Below, piece by piece: positions 59,176 through 64,000 of a stretch of DNA of 64,000 bases. Location: NCBI GenBank assembly GCA_964019335.1, contig OZ025662.1, forward strand, positions 372,001 through 436,000, given 5' to 3'. How positions within the stretch are numbered: position 1 is the first letter of the stretch; every line of letters starts with the position of its first letter. The DNA comes from Diplonema japonicum (taxonomy: Eukaryota; Protista; Euglenozoa: Diplonemea). Position numbers and translations under genes: made by a program. The notes beneath the pieces were generated by a model. It saw only the letters and a list, made by a program, of their open reading frames with translations, did not search any database and was not told where the DNA came from.

Positions 59176-62001
59176 ATGCAGCCCGGGGATAACATGGCGC
59201 AGACTATCGCAGAAATTGTGAGGGGTGTGCAGGAGCGCCCTCTGGAGGACCTCTCGCAGCACGACAGGACAGAGGTAGAGAAGCTAATTGACACGGTGCC
59301 CATGAAAGTCCCAACTATCACGATCGAGCAGCCCAGCGTGCGTAGGCAGATGCCAGATAGGGTTGAGGTCATTCGGATGCCGTCACAAGCACGCGGCCCT
59401 GTAAGTGTTCACATCCCAGAAGTGTGCATCCCATCGTCGCCTGTTGTGCCTGTCGTGTCCACGCTGTTCAAGAGGCGGGAGGAGAGCGAGCCTGCCAAGG
59501 AACCTAAAAAAGAAGAACCCCTTCCCCGAGAGAAGCCATGTCCCGCCAACGACTGGACGAGTGTTTCCAACATCACCGTAAGCAATGCAAGGGAGGAGGA
59601 CGCGCCCATGAATAGCATCTTCGCAGGCTTGCACAAAGCTCAGCAGGATGCTAGCCAGCTCCACAACGAGAACCGCCAGAAGGTAGAGGGGTGGTACAAA
59701 GACCGCCTTCACCGTGAGAGGGCCGTCTGGACGCAGAAGAACGAGTCTCTGATGGAGACGCTCAACGCGGTGATTGAAGAGAAGGTGGAGCTAGAAGCCC
59801 AGCTCTTAGAGTCACAGCGCAAGTTGGACACCACGTACACATATACACCCTGCAGTCAGTGCGCAGAAGGGGTTGCAGAGGTGAATGTGCTCACAAAAAG
59901 AACCGCGCACCTTGAAGAGGAACGCACCCAGAACTTGGCCCGGCTCGACACCACACGCGAGCAGAACACACACCTCACAGCACTGCTGGACCAGGAAAAG
60001 CGCCGCTCAGCTGACCTTGATGCGAAACATACAGCTGCAATCTCCAACATGGCAGCAGCGGAGGCGCAGCTGCAGGCTGTCTTGGTAGAGTCGCAAGCAC
60101 CATGCAAACAGTGCGCCAGCGGCGTGCAGGAGCTTGCTTCGCTCTCTAAACGGATCATTGCACTGGAAGAGGAGCGTGCCCAGCAGTTGGCGAGGCTCGA
60201 CACCATCCGCGAGCAGAACACCCACCTCACTGCGCAGTGCGACCAGGAGAGGGCTCGTACCGCAGAACAGGACGACAAGCTGCATTCCTCAGTTGCAGCA
60301 GCAAGCACTTTCGAGAGACAGTTCCAAACTTCCCAGAGACAGCAACAGAGGCTTAGCGATGAGAAAAAGGTATGCCCTTGTAACACCACCCATATACGAC
60401 AGGAGCTCTTGCATGAACTGGAAGGTCTAAGATCACAGGTTGCTCGCTTGGAGACACAGGCGATGGAGATTGCTGCTAAAAGGAAAGAAGAGAACAGCGC
60501 AACAGAAGATGTCAGCAAGGAAATCCAACGGCTTAAGATTGAGACAGAGAAGTCGAAGGCTTGGGCAGAACAGCTTGAGGAATGTGAGAAGGAGGCGACT
60601 GTTAAGCTTACGAGGGCTACTAATGAACTGAAGGAAACGGAGAATAAACACGAGGTGCAGGTGAGAAGGCTGAACACGCAAATAACGGAACTGAAGTCCG
60701 CATTAGACAAAGCCCTCAGGGAAGGTGCCGAAGGGAATGTGTTGAAGGCGAGAATAGAGAAAGCAGAGCGAGAGGTGAAAGCGGCGAAGGTACGCTATGA
60801 AGAACTGGACGAAAAGTACCAACACGTGATGGAGAAGTACAGTGTGCATGGCGACGCGGTAGGGGTGCTGGACGACGTCACGAACAGGTACATGCAGGAG
60901 AGGGCCTTGAGGAGGAAGTATTACAACCAGCTCGTGATGCTCAAGGGGAACATCAGGGTGGTGTGCAGGGTGCGTCCTACAGCGAGCGTAGAGACAATTC
61001 CATATGTGGTGGAGAACGAAGCCATGGGCGTCACCTTGAAGAACGGGAAGCAGCGTGGGTTCAAGTTCGACTCGATCTTCCCGCAGAACAGCACGCAGGA
61101 ACAGGTGTACGGGACAGCGGAGGACATGACGCAGTCCTTGCTCGATGGGTACAACGTGTGCATCATGGCGTACGGCCAGACAGGGTCGGGGAAGACCTAC
61201 ACAATGTTCGGTGATGAGAAATTCATGGTTGACGAGGAGGTGCGGGGGATCGTACCGAGGATCCTGAAAGGATTTTGGTCCGCCGCCACTGTTCTGCCCA
61301 ACACGGTATTCACGGCTTCGCTGTCAATGGTGGAGATCTACTGCGGGGAGGTGCGTGACCTCCTCACCGACGCCCCGCACACCAACCCGTCCACTGAGAC
61401 GGCCAAGTACATGATGGGCTCCGAGGTTATCACGCACAAGATGGTTCCAGTGGGCAGCCTGCAGGAATGCTTTGAGTTGATCACCGCGGGGTACCGACAC
61501 AGAACGCAGGCTGCCACGCTTTGTAACGAAAGATCATCGCGCAGCCACTGCTTGGTGACACTTCACTACAAAAGCAAGCTGAAAGGGGAGGGGTTGGAGA
61601 AAACAGGAGAGATATCATCCCGGATGGTGCTGGCAGACCTTGGGGGCTCGGAGTGCGTGACAACAGCAGGCTTGGGAGGCGTGCAAGTGAGGGAGTGCAG
61701 TCATATCAACAAATCTCTCTCCGCACTCTCTGACGTCTTGGGGGCTCTTAGCGCAGGGCGGTCGCACATTCCTTACAGGAACTCTAAGCTAACCCACATC
61801 TTGTCGGACTGCCTCGGTGGCGATGCCAAGATGCTTCTCTGTGTAAACATGAACCCCTCCAAAGCCCACGCGACGGAAACGCTGCACACGCTAAGCTTCG
61901 GGCACCGTGCCAGGCAGATCAAGCGCGGCCCCGCTGCAAGGCACTTCGTTGCAGAGCGTTCTCAAAGCCCCATTAGATCTGACTTCCCCGAAGCACCTTA
62001 G
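59176..62001 (+). CDS. Kinesin-14 (C-terminal motor, KIFC/Ncd-like)
   Basis: Coiled-coil stalk, neck 'RRKYYNQLVMLKGNIRVVCRVRP', P-loop YGQTGSGKT, switch I NERSSRSH, switch II variant DLGGSE, HIPYRNSKLT. Confidence 0.95.
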   Translation: MQPGDNMAQTIAEIVRGVQERPLEDLSQHDRTEVEKLIDTVPMKVPTITIEQPSVRRQMPDRVEVIRMPSQARGPVSVHIPEVCIPSSPVVPVVSTLFKRREESEPAKEPKKEEPLPREKPCPANDWTSVSNITVSNAREEDAPMNSIFAGLHKAQQDASQLHNENRQKVEGWYKDRLHRERAVWTQKNESLMETLNAVIEEKVELEAQLLESQRKLDTTYTYTPCSQCAEGVAEVNVLTKRTAHLEEERTQNLARLDTTREQNTHLTALLDQEKRRSADLDAKHTAAISNMAAAEAQLQAVLVESQAPCKQCASGVQELASLSKRIIALEEERAQQLARLDTIREQNTHLTAQCDQERARTAEQDDKLHSSVAAASTFERQFQTSQRQQQRLSDEKKVCPCNTTHIRQELLHELEGLRSQVARLETQAMEIAAKRKEENSATEDVSKEIQRLKIETEKSKAWAEQLEECEKEATVKLTRATNELKETENKHEVQVRRLNTQITELKSALDKALREGAEGNVLKARIEKAEREVKAAKVRYEELDEKYQHVMEKYSVHGDAVGVLDDVTNRYMQERALRRKYYNQLVMLKGNIRVVCRVRPTASVETIPYVVENEAMGVTLKNGKQRGFKFDSIFPQNSTQEQVYGTAEDMTQSLLDGYNVCIMAYGQTGSGKTYTMFGDEKFMVDEEVRGIVPRILKGFWSAATVLPNTVFTASLSMVEIYCGEVRDLLTDAPHTNPSTETAKYMMGSEVITHKMVPVGSLQECFELITAGYRHRTQAATLCNERSSRSHCLVTLHYKSKLKGEGLEKTGEISSRMVLADLGGSECVTTAGLGGVQVRECSHINKSLSALSDVLGALSAGRSHIPYRNSKLTHILSDCLGGDAKMLLCVNMNPSKAHATETLHTLSFGHRARQIKRGPAARHFVAERSQSPIRSDFPEAP

Positions 62002-62452
62002 ATGTAGATTTTACATAGATTAGAATTTATTGCCGGTTTTATTATCCCCCCCCCCCCTTTATTATTTCTTTCTGAAAATTGGCAAAACATAAAATAAGAA
62101 GTCCGCCATTAACTGCCCTTCCTTATCAGTGCCATTCTGAGAAGCCACGAAATCGTGAAGATCCCCCGGCGGCTTCTGCTTTCGAGTGGTGGTTCCGCAA
62201 ACCGTGCTTTCTGCATGCCAGCTCGTGCGCCTGTCGGAGAACTCCTTTTCCGACCGGGTCTGGTACTGCTCTCGGAGCTTCTCGGCCTTCAGGTCCCTCT
62301 GGCCTTCATTGGTCGGGCAGAGGATCATAGCATTCCCTACCGCGAACCCTGGGCTTGGGTGGTGCTTCAATTAACAAATTCACTGACATTTTACCAGGTT
62401 TTGTGCAAGTTCCTGGGGGGTATAGGAAGGTACACAAAAAAAAAAGGAGAAA

Positions 62453-64000
62453 ATGGGAGGCAAAAAAGGAGGAAAGGGCGGTGGGAAAGGTGGAAAGGGC
62501 GGCGGGAAAGGAGGTGGAATAGGAGGAAAAGGGAAGAAGGGCGCCACCGCGGTATCATTCCCGAAGTCAGACAAGATGAAGCGAAGGATGGATAGGAAGG
62601 ACGCGAGAAAGGCAAAGAAGACAGCCAAGGACGTCTACGCAAGAAGACACAGCAAAACGAAGCAGGACGAGCCGACACCCCCCGCTCTCGAAGCGACGAA
62701 AGTTACAGCAAAACCCGAAGAAACAACACCTGTACTGAAGCAGAAGAAGGTAATGAAGAGGAGGCTTGTCGTACTAATGGACAACCCCACCGAGAATATC
62801 ACGAAGAAGAAGAAAGTAACCTTTGAAACAGATGTAGAAGAGAAACCAGAAGAAGAAGTCGAGATAGAAGAAGAAAAAGAAGAAGAAGAAGAGGAAAAGC
62901 CCGAAGAACCAAAACCAGCAGCATATGTCCCTCCTTCTTTAAGAGCGAAGATGGCCGCAGCGCCAGACGACGAGCTGCGTCTCAAGATCCGTGCGCTTCT
63001 CAACAAGACATCTTTGGACAACCTGAAGCACATGGTGAAAGACGTTTCCGCGGTTAGCGATGGTGTCTCGAAGCACGACTTCAGCACAGTTCTCTCAAGG
63101 GGGCTTGTCGGTTCGGTGTGTGACCCTATCCGTTTGAACTCTGCCTTCATCTTCCCCTACGCCGCGCTTGTCAAGATCGTCGCTGCAATGGTGAACGACG
63201 GTGTGTCTGCTGCACTGTGTGCTTGCCTCTGCAGTACCTTGAAAGCCTTCATCGAGGCTTCCGACAGAACACGCGCCATAAACGCTATTCTGTTTTTCGT
63301 CCATCTCCACGCTACTGGAGTCATCGACTCCACCCTCATCAACAGTATCATCAGAATGCTGTGCAGATCCCTCGATCAGGAGCTGCACACGGAGCTTCTT
63401 GTTGTCCTTGTCTCGGTAGGCGGTGCGACTCTTCGTTCCGAGAACCCCACCGCACTGCGCGACGTCATCGCATACGCGCAGAGCAAACTCCAAAAAATGG
63501 ACGAGTCAAAGATTGCAGGGGGCACAGTGAGGGGCCGCATTCTCAAGGACCTTCTCGAGTCCATGCGGTCTGCAAAGGGGCAGAAATCCTTCGGCGTTCA
63601 GGAGCGTAAAATGGACACCACCGCACGCGACCTCACAGCAAAGATCTCCGGAGGAATCCTCGCTTCGATGAAGATAAAACACCCCATAGTCCACAAGGTG
63701 ACGTGGAACCAATGCATGGGGGAGAAGAAGGGAATGTGGTGGCTGGACATCGCAAAAGGTCTCGCAAAGGAGGTGGAAGACTCAGAAGACGACGAAGATC
63801 TACCAATGGAAGATGACGAGGAAGAAATGCCCGAAGGAGAAGAAATGGAGGAGGAAGAAGAAGAAGAAACACCAGAAGAAGAAATGGAAGAAGAAGAAGA
63901 AGAAGAAGAAGAAGCAACGCACAACAACAAACGATCAATCCAAGAAATCGCCGCCGGGCATCGCCTGCTAAACACGCCATTGAAACGAAGCATCTTTAGG
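62453..64000 (+). CDS. NOM1: NOM1/Sgd1 nucleolar MIF4G-domain protein (3'-partial)
   Basis: Open frame from ATG 62453 to the window end (absent from the ORF track because it has no stop). Motifs 'YVPPSLR', 'IRALLNKTSLDN', 'KKGMWWL' and 'A..HRLLNTPLKRSIF' match Sgd1/NOM1. Confidence 0.82.
   Translation, partial: MGGKKGGKGGGKGGKGGGKGGGIGGKGKKGATAVSFPKSDKMKRRMDRKDARKAKKTAKDVYARRHSKTKQDEPTPPALEATKVTAKPEETTPVLKQKKVMKRRLVVLMDNPTENITKKKKVTFETDVEEKPEEEVEIEEEKEEEEEEKPEEPKPAAYVPPSLRAKMAAAPDDELRLKIRALLNKTSLDNLKHMVKDVSAVSDGVSKHDFSTVLSRGLVGSVCDPIRLNSAFIFPYAALVKIVAAMVNDGVSAALCACLCSTLKAFIEASDRTRAINAILFFVHLHATGVIDSTLINSIIRMLCRSLDQELHTELLVVLVSVGGATLRSENPTALRDVIAYAQSKLQKMDESKIAGGTVRGRILKDLLESMRSAKGQKSFGVQERKMDTTARDLTAKISGGILASMKIKHPIVHKVTWNQCMGEKKGMWWLDIAKGLAKEVEDSEDDEDLPMEDDEEEMPEGEEMEEEEEEETPEEEMEEEEEEEEEATHNNKRSIQEIAAGHRLLNTPLKRSIFR

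Noticed and set aside
1-64000. tRNA, rRNA or spliced-leader RNA genes
   Set aside because: None recognised by eye; a covariance-model search would be needed to exclude them.

Overview
Eukaryotic, gene-dense window with long A/T/G homopolymer tracts between genes. All 18 host genes I could model lie on the + strand, and they carry very short GT-AG introns (mostly 33-84 nt). These features, plus lineage-type motifs, suggest a euglenozoan, most likely a diplonemid (inference). Gene order: 3' end of an unknown gene, SYS1, VPS4, a filamin/Ig-like protein, an RBM26/27-like protein, a ~7,600-aa giant repetitive coiled-coil protein, a ~1,500-aa coiled-coil protein sharing a near-identical 1-kb Ig-like module with the giant, two tandem PDZ+DMT/EamA-like membrane paralogs, a triple cold-shock-domain protein, SCP2 copy 1, a PHTF-like multi-pass protein, an FtsJ/MRM2-type methyltransferase, RPN5, SCP2 copy 2, two hypotheticals, a kinesin-14 and the 5' part of NOM1/Sgd1. 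Mobile DNA: two differently deleted piggyBac derivatives (TTAA TSD, 14-bp TIR; one inside an RPN5 intron), a 136-bp MITE, a DIRS/Ngaro/VIPER-like relic with split direct repeats (one more repeat copy lies on the far side of the cold-shock gene), and a possible LINE 3' fragment. Most notable: introns with a G-run plus poly-A before the acceptor AG instead of a polypyrimidine tract, repeated patch-like DNA identity between otherwise diverged genes, and the giant protein pair. All family calls come from motif recognition by eye; no searches were run.
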